Part shown: positions 63,237-64,000 of the stretch, piece by piece
Position numbering within the stretch: position 1 is the first letter of the stretch
Layout: each line of letters begins with the position of its first letter
NCBI GenBank assembly: GCA_964449385.1
Contig: CAYUYO010000002.1
Location: 15,414-79,413, forward strand
DNA from: an uncultured Candidatus Saccharibacteria bacterium
GTDB taxonomy: Bacteria > Patescibacteriota > Minisyncoccia > Minisyncoccales > CAYUYO01
Reading direction: 5' to 3'
Length of the DNA: 64,000 bases
Notes under the pieces: model-generated
Seen by the model: the letters and a program-made list of their open reading frames with translations, nothing else
Database searches by the model: none
What the model was told of the DNA's origin: nothing
Made by a program: the position numbers and the translations under genes

Positions 63237-63692
63237 TTATTGTATTGTAATTTTTCTAGTCTTTTGATCAATAAATTTAAATTTCAAAATTATTGTTGTT
63301 TTAGGAAGCATTTTTTGGACCATATCAGCCCACTCAATAGTAATAATATTCTTAGGATTAGAGACAATCTCTTTAAATCTCAAAGCAAGTAATTCTTTTG
63401 TTTTTTTTATCCTATAACAATCAATATGATAAAAAGTATTATATGTGTTACCTATGACACTTTGCGGGATTTCAAACTTCTTCATTATTACGAATGTGGG
63501 GCTTAAAATTTTTTCTTTTATTTTTAGCTCCTTGGCAAACCCTTGTAAAAATGTTGTTTTTCCTCCTCCTAAATCTCCTTCTAGGCCAATAACTAAAGCT
63601 GTTTTTCTGTCTTTAGTTTTTAAAGACTCCCTGGCTAAAATCTCTCCTAATTTTTTGGTTTGAAGAGGATTAGTAGTTATATAATTAAACAT
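63237..63692 (-). CDS. tsaE: tRNA t6A biosynthesis ATPase TsaE
   Basis: Walker A LEGDLGGGKTTF, SPTF, HIDCYR motifs of YjeE/TsaE. Confidence 0.9.
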   Translation of the reverse strand: MFNYITTNPLQTKKLGEILARESLKTKDRKTALVIGLEGDLGGGKTTFLQGFAKELKIKEKILSPTFVIMKKFEIPQSVIGNTYNTFYHIDCYRIKKTKELLALRFKEIVSNPKNIITIEWADMVQKMLPKTTIILKFKFIDQKTRKITIQ

Positions 63693-63729
63693 TATTGACT
63701 TTTCGAAGGAATTAAGATAATTTTAATTA

Positions 63730-64000
63730 ATGATTACAAATATTACCAGTCAAATAAAAATTCCTCAAGCTGTTGTTTTAAATATAACACAAAAAATAAA
63801 AAATGTTTCTTTTTTTCAAAAAAACATCAAGAATTCTTTTAAAAAAACTACTACCGAGATCTTAGAAATTATTTTAGGGGGAGCAATCAACTTAGCCGCC
63901 TCGGATATTCATATCGAACCAAAAATAAATGAAGTTAAAATTCGAATTAGAATTGATGGAATGTTACAAAACATTATTTCTTTTGAACCAAAAATATATC
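63730..64000 (+). CDS. type II/IV secretion (type IV pilus) assembly ATPase, N-terminal fragment cut by the window end
   Basis: AASDIHIEP...KIRIRIDG pattern typical of the GspE/PilB ATPase core entry. ATG at 63730; the frame is open to the window end. Confidence 0.7.
   Translation, partial: MITNITSQIKIPQAVVLNITQKIKNVSFFQKNIKNSFKKTTTEILEIILGGAINLAASDIHIEPKINEVKIRIRIDGMLQNIISFEPKIY

Noticed and set aside
1-64000. Alternative genetic code (UGA recoding, as in some reduced-genome lineages).
   Set aside because: TGA terminates topA (1409-1411) and smpB (32371-32373) at the expected protein ends. All housekeeping ORFs have normal lengths under code 11.
1-64000. CRISPR arrays, prophage or IS elements, integrases, toxin-antitoxin or known defense gene cassettes.
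   Set aside because: I saw no regularly spaced direct repeats and no transposase, integrase or phage structural motifs in any listed ORF. Apart from the signalling operon and the surface protein, the gene content is uniformly housekeeping.

Overview
AT-rich (roughly 30% GC by eye), very gene-dense bacterial window with short or overlapping intergenic junctions and long co-directional minus-strand gene runs. The content is mostly housekeeping. It includes six aminoacyl-tRNA synthetases (leuS, metG, glyQS, ileS, argS, plus the tRNAs below), t6A enzymes (tsaC, tsaD, tsaE), and UDP-GlcNAc/peptidoglycan precursor genes (glmS, GlmU-like, yvcK, murA, a MurE-like ligase, PAP2). It also holds C1 metabolism (folD, glyA), a 2-oxoacid:ferredoxin oxidoreductase, smpB plus tmRNA, infC-rpmI-rplT, an ispD-ispH-ispG block, and DNA repair genes (recO, PolX, EndoQ-like, a standalone 5'-3' exonuclease). 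The mix of archaeal-flavoured genes, the small proteins and the compaction suggest a reduced-genome lineage such as Patescibacteria/CPR, but this is inference only. TGA is used as a stop, so the standard code 11 applies. No mobile elements, CRISPR arrays or rRNA genes were seen. RNA genes are tRNA-Leu(CAA), tRNA-Arg(CCG) and tmRNA. Ranked observations: (1) an apparently intact histidine-phosphatase (PGAM-like) domain inserted inside the zinc knuckle of isoleucyl-tRNA synthetase. (2) A head-to-head Elp3 / Trm9-like methyltransferase pair, which implies a eukaryote/archaea-type (m)cm5U34 pathway in a bacterium. (3) An unclassified structured RNA of about 126 nt with its own promoter and intrinsic terminator directly upstream of a LOG/TIGR00725-like gene. 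(4) A greA leader with a consensus promoter, a 34-codon upstream ORF and mutually exclusive hairpins. (5) The smpB stop codon lying inside the tmRNA acceptor stem, with infC starting about 10-16 nt after the tmRNA 3' end. (6) A six-gene multi-sensor phosphorelay operon with no recognisable output domain. All functional calls come from motif recognition in the supplied translations; no database search was run.
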